In this document: positions 25,089 through 35,791 of the stretch, one piece after another | Layout: each line of letters starts with the position of its first letter | Numbering within the stretch: position 1 is the stretch's first letter | Assembly: GCA_032718475.1 (NCBI GenBank) | Contig: JAUCBJ010000016.1 | Span: forward strand, 1-38,461 | Length of the DNA: 38,461 nucleotides | Reading direction: 5' to 3' | Source: Nemertoderma westbladi | Lineage: Eukaryota; Animalia; Xenacoelomorpha | Translations under genes and position numbers: made by a program | The notes under the pieces: generated by a model | Databases searched by the model: none | What the model was told of the DNA's origin: nothing | The model's input: the letters and a program-made list of their open reading frames with translations, nothing else

Positions 25089-25979
25089 GACTATCTGAGT
25101 AGCGCCCCATGGGTAAATCCTTACCCCATGGGCTGTTACCTCTCTGACTGACAGCGCAACAGCCCCTATAGCCAATAGCATTAGTCCGCTATTGCTTGCT
25201 CATCGGTATTAACATGGCAGCATAGAGTACCGAGTATGGAGATAATACAGTAATAGTCTGATAGTGAAGTTGGTTACTAAGAAATTCCATTTAATTCATT
25301 TCGCGGGAAATTTAAATAAAATACGGTAATCAACCTGAAATTACAGTGAAGCCAGAGGCGGAACTTCAGTGTGAGTGTGTAAACGCTCTGCCGACAATCA
25401 CCTGACCACAGCCGACTCTCAGACAACGATTTCTTCAGGTAACACTAATAATATACGGTATCACTTGAGAGAAAGGAACCGAATAATATACTAACCAAAA
25501 CAATAATCAAGAGTCAAAAGCACAGGTAATTACTGAATTAGATAATTACAATTCCACATTTGTCCTATTGGTTGTGGTTTTCTGGTGTCGGCATAGAGTT
25601 TGCACCAGTCAGTGATGATTCATTGACTTATAGCTAGAGAGATATGGTGTTATGATTATGAATGTTTTATAATATTTTATACCCGGGCTGCCGGGGTCGG
25701 TCCGGAAGGTTTCTTCCCCTGTCTGCCTGTCAGTGTTGTACCTATGTAGCACCTATAGGCTATCGCAATTTGTATCCTCATTATAACTCAATGTAGGATA
25801 CCGGTACTTGTACGTACAAGTATAACAACATCCATACAAGGCAGAGTGATACCGCGCACACTACATAGTCTATGTAACAGTGGAAAGCTTCTGGAATCCC
25901 TTCCGATTTGCATCCGAGGCGATAGGTTAGGATAGGATAGAGGTACTGTACCAGGTACCTCTGTTTACTTATCAATCAA

Positions 25980-26148
25980 ATGGCAGCTATATTTCGACCT
26001 GCAATTTTCAGAATAAGTAAATTGTTTCCACGAAGATTTTTGTCGGCAGATGTGACATTTGATAAGCTAAATTACCTTAATGGAGAGCGCATAAACCCTA
26101 ATAATCCGTTAATTAACCAATCGGAAGCCATATATAATCCTGCCACAG
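25980..26148 (+). CDS. ALDH9A1: Aldehyde dehydrogenase family 9 (trimethylaminobutyraldehyde dehydrogenase-like), coding exon 1
   Basis: ATG in an AAAATGG-like context. LNYLNGERI..IYNPATG motif. Phase-1 donor ACAG|GTGAG at 26148/26149. Confidence 0.82.
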
Positions 26149-26537
26149 GTGAGATAATTTCTTCAGTTATTCCAGTGTTCGTACAATAAACAAAACAGTA
26201 GTCTATAGCTATAGCCAATACCACATTGATGGATAAAGCCATACAGTATGTACTACCCACCATTTGATAGCAATCACATCATCCATCCATGTTACATACA
26301 CTCTTTGTATGTACTCCAAAAACCCAAAGGAAGATATGAGAAAAAACTTTTTTTTTCTTTTTTTTTTGCTTACATGTGTACATGAAAATCTCGATTTCGT
26401 TCCCAATTCGTTTATTCCATTTTTTTCCTCACATAATGACCGTTTTTTATGGAATTACTGCTGTAAATAAATAATATGTAAATATATGCAATTAGCCTGA
26501 TCTTCGCTTGCGCCCTATAATTGATATTTTCCCATAG

Positions 26538-26683
26538 GTGAGGTCCTTTGTGAACTGCAGCTGGCCGGGGAAGGTGATGTAGACGCGGCAGTAAGATCAG
26601 CGAGAGAAGCTTTTGAGGAATGGAGCGGGAAGACTGGCATGGAACGCGGGGATGTCTTAATGAGAGCAGCACAAATAATAAGC
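26538..26683 (+). CDS. ALDH9A1: ALDH9A1-like coding exon 2
   Basis: Acceptor TTTTCCCATAG| with phase matching exon 1. Translates (G)EVLCELQLAGEGDVDAAVRSAREAFEEWSGKTGMERGDVLMRAAQIIS, where WS.K.GMER is typical of ALDH9. Phase-0 donor |GTAAGA. Confidence 0.88.
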
Positions 26684-27050
26684 GTAAGATTCGTGATCCC
26701 TTATAGTTCTCTGTTATATATAATCAGCTTAAAATTAAGTTAAAATCTACCGACTGAGGATTACCATGGAAATTATTAAGTATAATTTTTGAAAGTAAAA
26801 TTTTACAGCACCCAGCACCTCATGAAAAAAAAAGCTATAATGATAAATAATGATAACAAGTAATGTGAGCTTGAAGTGCAAATAATAAGTTCAGTGTAAC
26901 TTTATTTTACTCATATCCAATGTACTCTAACTAATAAAAATACATAAAATCGAGTTTATTTATCTGTCCTAATTACAATCATCGTCATCCATGGGAAACG
27001 AAGTCTGACTATCAGACTCTACTAGATCGAGTTACAATTCAAGTTTGGAG

Positions 27051-29168
27051 TTACAGATAGCCTCTTGGGAAATTGTAGCTCCAAGAATTCGAGTAGAATT
27101 CTGAACCGTTCAGATATGCCACAACTTCTTCGACTAATGTGAACTGATCCTTCGAACAGCTCATTTTGTTATGCGTTTTAATTTCGGTATCAATACATTT
27201 CCAGTTTAATCTAATGCGACCATCGACCTGAGCTGTAGCTGTAGTTGGATTGTGTCCTATTATTCTTTCTTGCCGTACAACTCGCTCGCCATATGTAACT
27301 CCAAGGGTGGGATATTGAACCAGACCATCATCACAAATCTCCGTGAATATCACCTCATTGTTATCCAACTCTTTCTGTTCATATTTGGGAATTTGGTTTT
27401 GCTCCAATATTTTTCTCTGTATTGCGGGGCCTAGGAGAGGTTGTCCAAATGATATTTTCGGACACATATTAATGTTGACAGTTGGTATGTCAATGAAGCT
27501 ACACACATCATAGTCTACGGATTCTTTTATCTCTATTCCATGGCTGTATGGCAATGGCCAAACTGAAGGGAACAAACCTTGGTTTATGGCCAAACGAAGT
27601 ACATGACCCGCTTGAACTTGATATCCAGTGGGTGTTAAGTTGATAAAAACCTTATGTTCAGAGCCAGGTTCCAAAGAATGAATAACACTAGATTGATGAC
27701 CACTTAAGTGTGCGAGATTGATAACCCCATCAGCAATGAGCACACTAACCCCATCTTCGAAAACATCGCATAGCCTTGCCGATATAATCCCTGATGTCCC
27801 CAATGCCTTTACCAGGATGTGAACGGCTGTAGAACCAACAATGGTCACATCTTCTTCAAGAGGATCCGAATCCCAGCAGCAACTCACACTATCAGCTGAC
27901 TGCTGATCTCCGACACTCATGTCAACCGAAAAGGGACAGTATGTTAGTGAAGTCGGAGCTAGGGAGTGTTGCGCGGCATCTATCAGGACAGTCTGATGAT
28001 CTTGTTTAGCGGGCGATGTTACTAATTTGTTTTTAGACAAGTATAATCTGACATGCTTTGAATCGGCTTCGCTGGTAAATTCTCCATCCCAGTCCCGGAA
28101 TCCAACCCATTGCCCTGGAACCGGATCCTGGCGAGGTCGATGGCTCTTTCTGACAAACATTTTCAATACATAATCATCTGCGTTTTCTGGAACAATGCCT
28201 TTCAAATGCTGATCAAACCATTGTAAACATTGCATCAAATAGTCAATATTCGGTCCTGGTGTGCACGTATCTGGCCAGTTATGCGTCCAGGGACCAACGA
28301 TTGTGCGAGCATTCGGTAATTTACCACCCATCCTTAACTGTGACGCAAAATATGGGTCGTTCCATCCTGCTACCAGAAGTACAGGCGCATTTAACTTATT
28401 GTAATCAATGGATATAGACCCATGGCCCCAATATTGATCTTCAGTTGTATGTTTGAGCCAGTTGTGCCCCCAACCTGGCAAGTTGTCTAATCTTTCTTTC
28501 CAACGCGCCTGAAACTCATCATCGACAGCTGATTCCTTCGGGGTTGGTGGTCTGGCCATCCACATAAACATCTGAGCATGCCAATAAAGCATTCCATTAC
28601 CTACAACAAGACCACCCCGATAGTGGGTGTCATCGGTATATCGCCTATCAGAGGAAAATAGTGACACTATAGCTTTGAGTTGTTTTGGCTGATAAAACGC
28701 TGTCTGCAAGCTGTTGAAACCTCCCCAACTCTTTCCATACATTCCAACATTACCAGATGACCAAGGTTGCTTTTCAACCCACTCCAGTACATCGATGCAA
28801 TCTTTGATCTCTTCCATTGTGTACTCATCTGCTTTCCTTCCAGTAGAATTACCACTGCCTCGCATGTCTACTCTCAGACACACGTAACCATGGTAACACA
28901 ACCAAGGATGGCGTGGGTAATCACGGGCAGCCGACCAATCCCTCCGATATGGGAGGTATTCTAGAATGCAAGGAACATTAGTCTGGATATGACAAGAGCC
29001 TTCGTATAACACTGTACTAAAACTGCTGATATCGGGAATGAAAGGACACCACATAGAGGCTGCAAGTTCAGTTCCATCTGGTAGCTTTATGAGGAACTCG
29101 GAAACCCAGACGACTTTGTAATCACCAAACCCATGTTCCTTCATTTCCGATAGCGAGTATTTATCCAT
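27051..29168 (-). CDS. CocE/NonD family hydrolase (peptidase S15 / X-Pro dipeptidyl-peptidase-like alpha/beta hydrolase with PepX C-terminal domain), intronless, 705 aa
   Basis: DGTELAA, ILEYLPYRR, GY..LRVDMRGSGNSTG, QPWSSGNVGMYGKSWGG (nucleophile Ser), GWNDPY (Asp), GPWTH (His), WFDQHLKG, ARLCDV..DG. AATAAA on the minus strand about 90 bp past the stop. Confidence 0.93.
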   Translation of the reverse strand: MDKYSLSEMKEHGFGDYKVVWVSEFLIKLPDGTELAASMWCPFIPDISSFSTVLYEGSCHIQTNVPCILEYLPYRRDWSAARDYPRHPWLCYHGYVCLRVDMRGSGNSTGRKADEYTMEEIKDCIDVLEWVEKQPWSSGNVGMYGKSWGGFNSLQTAFYQPKQLKAIVSLFSSDRRYTDDTHYRGGLVVGNGMLYWHAQMFMWMARPPTPKESAVDDEFQARWKERLDNLPGWGHNWLKHTTEDQYWGHGSISIDYNKLNAPVLLVAGWNDPYFASQLRMGGKLPNARTIVGPWTHNWPDTCTPGPNIDYLMQCLQWFDQHLKGIVPENADDYVLKMFVRKSHRPRQDPVPGQWVGFRDWDGEFTSEADSKHVRLYLSKNKLVTSPAKQDHQTVLIDAAQHSLAPTSLTYCPFSVDMSVGDQQSADSVSCCWDSDPLEEDVTIVGSTAVHILVKALGTSGIISARLCDVFEDGVSVLIADGVINLAHLSGHQSSVIHSLEPGSEHKVFINLTPTGYQVQAGHVLRLAINQGLFPSVWPLPYSHGIEIKESVDYDVCSFIDIPTVNINMCPKISFGQPLLGPAIQRKILEQNQIPKYEQKELDNNEVIFTEICDDGLVQYPTLGVTYGERVVRQERIIGHNPTTATAQVDGRIRLNWKCIDTEIKTHNKMSCSKDQFTLVEEVVAYLNGSEFYSNSWSYNFPRGYL

Positions 29169-30202
29169 TTTTGCAAAATTAATATGAATAATTCCTTATA
29201 CTTGAGCCATAGCGATAAGACACATAACAGTACCTACTGTAAAAGAAAATTGCGTGAGGCATGCAGTAAACAAAACATATAACTTAGCACGAGGGGGCGA
29301 TAGGCATATATGGCAGGGGGGTTGAGTGCAATATTCGCCCGCGGGAAATCTACGCCCGCGCCCAACCTTCGCCCGATTGGGGGAAAGGAGCAGATTACAA
29401 AGACGGCTTTTTCTAACCAAACAATAAACGATGTTGGTAACACCCATTTTGAGGGCGAAGATTGCTCCGGGCGAAGATTGCTCACGGGCTAAGTTTGCTG
29501 CGTACCAGTATGGGTAATTAGTGTAAGTTTAGCAACATCAGACCTTGTCTCGACAGTATGTGGTGTATATAGGTGGACTAAAAATCTGTCAGACAGAGCC
29601 ATAACTGTGAAAGCATTATCTAGAAAGTATATTATTTCTTAGAAAGTATATATTTCTGTTTAGAAAGTTACCATATGTTCAGTTGGATTGTTTAGATATT
29701 CTTCCGCGAGGGGGTGCTTAAATTTGTAAATTGAAAGTGATCTTGTTTCGGCTTTTAAATTAAAAAGTATAACAAGCTCTTGAAATTTTGAGTGAAATTT
29801 ACAAAAAATTATTTCGGAAATAAAATTGGATGACAACTTATGTGTTTTTCAACATTAGTTTTCAAAATGAATGGATGCACTGGACAGGACTGGACTTTTC
29901 GGGATTTCCGGGATCGGGATGGAAAGTTTTCAGTATATGTGGCTTTATAAGTGTAAAACAGGTTATTGGCAACTTTATATATGTCTATTTCACAATGCTG
30001 AAATATTAGTAAGTTAAAATTATATTAAAATCAATTTATAGTTGATTATTGGAAGGTTTACTGACATAATTCGATATAATTATAATCATACATTTCTGTT
30101 CTGGTGCAATTATTCATCTGGTATTTTATTTACCGAGCGACAGCGAGGTTTACTGTCTTACTGTTTATTTTCCCGATTAGTATTATAAGTTAATATGATA
30201 TA

Positions 30203-33200
30203 CACCATGTCCTGGAATATAGTGTCGTTATTCAAGTACCTGGACCCCCCCCCCCCCCCCAAAAAAAATTTTCTAACGGTTTCACCTCCCTCCTCCTTGC
30301 TGGGTGAGCCAGAATTTTTATTTTTGCTTTCAATCTTTAGCTACACGCGTTTGAAAAAGGTGTCTCCGGTGATATTCCACCAGTTACACTGCAGTTATTC
30401 TTGAACCTTATCGCGATTTGTTGGTACCAATAGAAAGCTACCCATGCAAGGATTCCAAAAATGTAAAAATATTTGAATTTGGTTGGGAAATAGCTGAGAT
30501 ATGGGCATTCGAAAGTTGCATGTATTTGCTTCCCCTGCACGCCATTTATTCTATTTAATTTTTTTTTTTTTAATCAACACCCCGAACGGGGTAAAATGTA
30601 TAACGTATATTCTGTATCGAATCTAAAATTGTAAGTATAAAACACAAATCGGTAGTGATGACATAAAATAAATTAATAAAATATATATTTAAACTGAGTT
30701 ATTAACATGGGCAATGACGGATAGAGAGGGGCAGCTGTTACAGTCCAATACGTGGTAGCGGTGGTGGGCGGATTGGCCGCAGTACCGGCACACGCAGCTC
30801 TGTTGAGGGGAATGGAATGAGCGGTTGTGGGCGCAAATCTTATGATGGAACCCGTGCGAGGTACAGCGCGTGAGTAAGTGGCGGTTGCTTTGGTTGGCTT
30901 GGTGCCATACAGACGTTTGGAACGCCGGTCCAGATAAGTAACCCTCCTGTTCGAAATTTCCTAGTCTGTCTCTACGATGTATCTTGTATTTTTCAACAAC
31001 ATCAGGGTTGAGAATTTGAGGGGATTTTGAGATTAATTCTTCCACAAGCGTATACTCTTTGACAAGTTTATGTGCTAGTGTTGCTGAGGAAGATTGATGC
31101 AGCCGAAGCATTCGTTTTATGAACATTGATTTCACCTTGTCGAGTTCTTTTAGATTCGCTAGGGTGAGATACTTGCCAAATTCCGCTATTGAGTATAGGA
31201 CCAATGGTTCAACTTTCATCTTATAGATCTTCATACCTGCATCGACTGAGATGTGAGGCAAGAACGTAAGTGACCCAATAACTTTCGAGGCTTTTATCTT
31301 TTTATGTTGGACATGTTTTGAGAAACATAGTGACGGCTGTAAAATAATTCCCAGGTACTCATATTCATTAGTGATTTGGACAAGTTTGTTATTATATAGA
31401 AATATGTCATCCTTTGCTAATGGCCCCCCGTTCCTGAACTTTATTATTTTTGTTTTAATTAAATTTACTTCCATCCCATTGAGCTGGCACCAGTTGTAAA
31501 GTGCATCAAGACCCGTTTGGATATCCTCTCGCCTTGAAGAATAGAAGACCAGATCGTCCGCATAGAACAGGAACCGAAGTGCTTGGGCTGCGTTCTGCAG
31601 TGCTATAGCTAGGTCTGCGATAAATACTACGAAGCAGGTGGGTGAGAAGGAGTCACCTTGCAGCACACCTCTGAGTTGGGTTATGACGTCGGAAAGACGT
31701 AAACCATCAAACACCTGGACGTTATTAGTAAACAGATCTTTAATTAATAGATACAATTTCCCTTTAATACCAAACCCATATAATTTTGAGAGTAGAATGG
31801 CGCGACTGACAAAGTCAAAGGCTTTACGAAAGTCTATAAATGCTGCGTAAACTTTACGTTCTGGGCGCGATTTCGAGGTTAGATTTGATGATATTTCCTT
31901 AAGAAGACGCCTAATTGCTTGTTGTGCAGATTTCCCTGGAATGAAGCCAAACTGGGCAGCTGGTAACCGATTTATAATATTATGTTTGAGCACTCGTTTA
32001 TTGATAATAGAAGTGAGAGTTTTAAGCAGCACACAGAGAAGGGCAATGCCACGATAGTTATCAGGTTCCATTAGAGACCCCTTTCCTTTGTAAAGTATTA
32101 CAATTATACTTCTTTTCCACAAATCAGGTATCTTCCCTAGGCAGAGGCACACATTGAACAACATAGTGATCAAGGCGATTATCACTGGTGGAACTTGTTT
32201 TAAATGCTCATAATAGAGCTGATCTGGACCACTGGCTTTGCTATTGCCCGCCTCATTAATAGTTCTAGTTACTTCTTCAGTTGATATGTTATCGTTATAC
32301 CAACAGTCCGCGGAGGTTTCACTCTGTGTTACAGTGGCAGCTGCGGGTAACTGTGCTGGGTCTTTGTTAGTTCCGATGATGTTTCGAAAATGTGTCTCCA
32401 GTTTATTTAAATCTACTGAAGCGACAGTTGGTTTCCTAGTTTTAAGAAGACTCCAGGGGTTTATATCTGACTTTTGGATTCTTTCCAGGAAATAATTTTC
32501 TTCAAATGCAGCTCGTTTAGTTTTAATAAGAGTTTTATATGATCGACGGAGCTGATAGAAGTGAGTTGAATGAGCAGCTGAAATATTTCGAGATTGTATG
32601 GCTGATATAAGTTGTCGTTTTACATCGCAACATTCCTGATCAAACCATGGTTTGCCTTTATGTAGTCTTTTCCTTTGGGGTAAACTGAACTGGAAATTAT
32701 TTCAGCTAATAGTTTTGTTGCCTTATTGGGGGTCGGAGTTATCTATTGCTTCAACCATAGATGGGATGTTGTGGTGGTTTTCCAGATAGGATATGTTAAG
32801 CTTTCTGCTTAAGGCTTTTGGTCGAGTCTCCATATGTACAGGATTGTTTGTAAATGGAATTTCAGCTGACACGCTTTGGTGTTTTCTAATGGGGTTAGGT
32901 GTTATTTGGGGCTTTGGCGTTGAATCAGGTAAAGTATTTGTGAATTTTATAAAGATCAAGTCTATTGTGCTTTCGCCCTGGGGTGATATATAGGTATGAG
33001 ATGATGAATCATTTAAAGCAATAAAGCCAAGTGATGTCAGAAAGTCTGTTAGTTGGCGTCCACGTTCCCCAGAGTCAACTCTACAGTTGAAGTCACCTCC
33101 AACCACTATTGGGCATGAGTTATCGGTCTGGGTCAAGGAGGATGTGATCTCTAAGGTTATATGTGATATAGGTGTATCTGGAGGGAAGTAGAAAACAGAA

Positions 33201-33619
33201 AAGTATGCTAGATCAGATTTTATGATAATGCAACAGTTTGATTCTATTTAATAATTACATCATATTCCAGAAAATTTTGTTTATCCCATACGTAGCTGGG
33301 CAACAATGTAATGCTTATTTAAACATACTATTATGTAGCTATTCAGTATTCATACATAAACAAAATGTTCTAGAATATAGTTTTTTTTATTTAATATAAT
33401 AAAACAGCCTCGCGCAGGTGCAAAACCATGCAACTTTTGAACGCTCATATATCAGCTATTTCCCAACCAAATTCAAATATTTTAACATTTTTGGAATCCT
33501 TGCATGGGTAGCTTTCTATTTCTACCAACAATTCACGATAAGGTTAATGAATAACTGCAGTGTAACTGGTGAAATATCACCGGAGACATCTTTTTCAAAC
33601 GCGTGTAGCTAAGGATTGA
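30203..33619. mobile_element. Second copy of the TA-flanked palindromic MITE, split by a LINE; right arm truncated
   Basis: Starts TA|CACCATGTCCTGGAATATAGTGTC. The left arm 30203-30558 aligns to 1079-1460. 33241-33619 aligns to the centre and right arm of copy 1 and is the inverse of about 30330-30558. Confidence 0.85.
30559..33240 (-). mobile_element. 5'-truncated APE-RT LINE with a C-terminal CCHC finger
   Basis: Partial endonuclease (VVGGDFN, TYISPQGESTIDL; 32723-33136), a frameshift near 32700-32725, then KPWFDQEC, KASGPD and the RT ORF (NYRGIAL, QFGF, FIDFRKAFD, GVLQGD, YADD, YLG, CRYC..H..C). Poly(A) at 30559-30571. TSD ATTCTATTTAA at 30548-30558 and 33241-33251. Confidence 0.92.
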
Positions 33620-33621
33620 CA

Positions 33622-33928
33622 GCTCCTGACAGCAATGATGCTGCCTCACTCAATATTAAATAATTTAGTGTTCTCGAATATTTATTATGTAACTTGAGAG
33701 CCGCTTAACTAACCATAAACAAATATTCGATATTGAGTTCCGTTTTGGAGTTCGCCCTGCAGACACCAAAGTTGCAATAACTTTGTGAGTGTGTGAATGG
33801 ATTTTGCTCAAATTACTTGCAAACCTTTTCTACTTCGATGCTCTTCCAACACATGTTACAAAATTTAAGAAATTCCACCAAAAATATTTTATTTTTTTCG
33901 CCGCGAAAAAAGTAAAATTAATGCAATC
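33622..33928 (+). repeat. Dispersed repeat, copy 2 (related to 664-900)
   Basis: Same colinear blocks as 664-900, plus an extra segment at about 33725-33803. Confidence 0.65.
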
Positions 33929-34130
33929 ATTTCAAGAATAAAAGAATTTTTTGACAATGAATCAAATTACATCTATTGTAATTCTTACAAATGATAACCA
34001 ATCCTCAACACTCACGTCGAAACATTACGACTACAGGTTATGTGGACTGGACAGTCATTTCTAAATGTTGTTACCATTAAATTAAAATGTTGAGTTGATA
34101 CTAAAATACGATACGAAATACGAATGAAAT

Positions 34131-34462
34131 GGTCCATGTGAAGAATACCAGACTTTCTGCCGTTATATTTCACTTTCCAGTTACCCCCATGTGAAGAATA
34201 CCAGGTGTTCACCAAAAACACAGGTTACAGAAGGGCTGAATCCAACCAAAACAATAAACGAATTAGTATATGAAGAGGTTATAAGACAGAAATAAGCGCT
34301 ATAGCAACACAACTATAGCAACACAAACTATCACAAGCACAAGCACAAATCAAAACACACACTATCAAACAGATAAATTAAAAAAAAATAAAAAATCTTC
34401 ATATATAAAATTCCAATAAAAAGTCGACCGAAAAGTGAAATCCTGGTATTCTTCACATGGGC
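34131..34462. mobile_element. Small MITE with 9-bp TSD (Mutator-like)
   Basis: CCATGTGAAGAATACCAG at 34134 (again at 34187) and its inverse CTGGTATTCTTCACATGG at 34443-34460. GAATGAAAT is duplicated at 34122-34130 and 34463-34471. Confidence 0.75.
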
Positions 34463-34752
34463 GAATGAAATAGTACGATGTTATGTGAAAATGAATGTGT
34501 TTTCGTTCCGCATCGTATCCTGTTCTTGTGATTAAGGAATATATTAAATTGAAATTAAATAGGGTAATTTATCGCACTGAGTGTGGACCTGGTTATTGTC
34601 AGGTATCAGCATCCATTAAATTTTTTTATTCCAAAATTGTAACATTACTCAACGCCATTAGTATTAACAGCGAGTTGTTATTTAGCACTTTACAACTTTA
34701 GAGGACATTACAGCATTGTATTGGCCTGTACATTTAGTATTTTATTTGGTGT

Positions 34753-34848
34753 TATTGCTTACGTGGTAACCCATGACGGCGTTAAGTAATGTCCATTAAG
34801 GGGACATTACTTAACGCCGTCATTGGATACCAGACCACGTAAACAATA
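34753..34848. repeat. Inverted repeat / hairpin with a perfect 22-bp stem
   Basis: ATGACGGCGTTAAGTAATGTCC (34773-34794) and GGACATTACTTAACGCCGTCAT (34802-34823) with loop ATTAAGG. Outer imperfect pairing TATTGCTTACGTGGT / ACCACGTAAACAATA. Confidence 0.85.
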
Positions 34849-35108
34849 GGTGGAAATTTGCCTGACAGCCAGATAGGCCTACTGCAATATCTACCGGTAG
34901 GCGGGGTATAGCTATTAATAACCAGTAGGGCCTAGCTATATTATTAAAACATGGCTCCAAACGCCACCATAAATATAAGCCAACTTATTTATAACATAAT
35001 TTATGTCATTTTTACATTTATTTATACAGCAACTAATATAATTTGTGCAGATTCTATCACTTATAATGTTTTCGTAATGTTAAAATTTTGGAATAAAACT
35101 ACATAGGC

Positions 35109-35246
35109 TACATACTTGTTGCAAAGTACTTTAAAGTGTTCTGATCCTCGTGGCTTTTTTTTCACTCACTAACTAAAGTTCGTTCGTGTAACAAAGCCAC
35201 TCGGATCATCACAGTGTAAAGTGCGACTTTACACACAAGTATGTAA
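35109..35246. mobile_element. Degenerate palindromic MITE
   Basis: TACATACTTGT..AAAGT..TGATCC..GTGGCTTT pairs with AAAGCCAC..GGATCA..ACTTT..ACAAGTATGTA around a central CTAAAG. Confidence 0.6.
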
Positions 35247-35728
35247 ATAGTTATTATCAAATTATTGTTTGTTTTTAAAATTGATAAGAATACAAGTTTT
35301 TAAAAGACTTAGAATATTTCCCTTTGTAGAGATTTATGATGAAAGGATAGCCCTAAAGGCGATATAATATAAATGTTAAAATGTATAATTATAAAAATAA
35401 CAATAACAATATGTAGCACCGGGCATTAATTGCAGTTCAGAGTATGTGGGGCGAGCCACGAAGTGAGTGAGCCTTAGCGTAGGGGTACCATTAATCAACC
35501 TGTCGTTCTGTCGCTTTTTTTGCAGTGTTCAATTTTGAACGTTAATAACTCGATCAATCCTCGATGAAATGTAACCAAACTTGGTACACAAATAGTCTGT
35601 CAAAAGTTTAGAAATTTTCCAAGTTGAATTTGCTTGGGGCCTTCGTGCAGCATCAGTGTAACTGTCTTACAGTTATAATAAATTTATTTATCCAAAATTA
35701 TAACGCTTGACATCAGCAGGTTGCTAGG

Positions 35729-35791
35729 TACGGTGGCCCGCAACTGTCACTGCAAAGAAAAACTCACGGCAAGATAAAGTAACCCACCGTA
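35729..35791. mobile_element. 63-bp internally deleted TIR element with 6-bp TSD (IS3EU-like ends)
   Basis: GCTAGG|TACGGTGG...CCACCGTA|GCTAGG, with the TSD at 35723-35728 and 35792-35797. Confidence 0.6.

Noticed and set aside
25105-25132. Short imperfect palindrome CCCCATGGGTAA..TTACCCCATGGG
   Set aside because: Too short and imperfect to assign, with no TSD or second copy seen.
25370-25612. Weak inverted similarity (CTCTGCCGACA..ACCACA versus TGTGGT..TGTCGGCATAGAG) upstream of ALDH
   Set aside because: Possibly an old MITE, but neither the ends nor a TSD could be defined.
26149-26189. Read-through of ALDH exon 1 ORF to the stop at 26189
   Set aside because: A GTGAG donor at 26149 and a phase-compatible exon 2 explain it as intron sequence.
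27051-29168. Bacterial contamination or chimeric contig
   Set aside because: No operon context or neighbouring bacterial genes. The flanks are AT-rich with a poly(A) signal and spliceosomal exons 370 bp away. Read-level confirmation is still needed.
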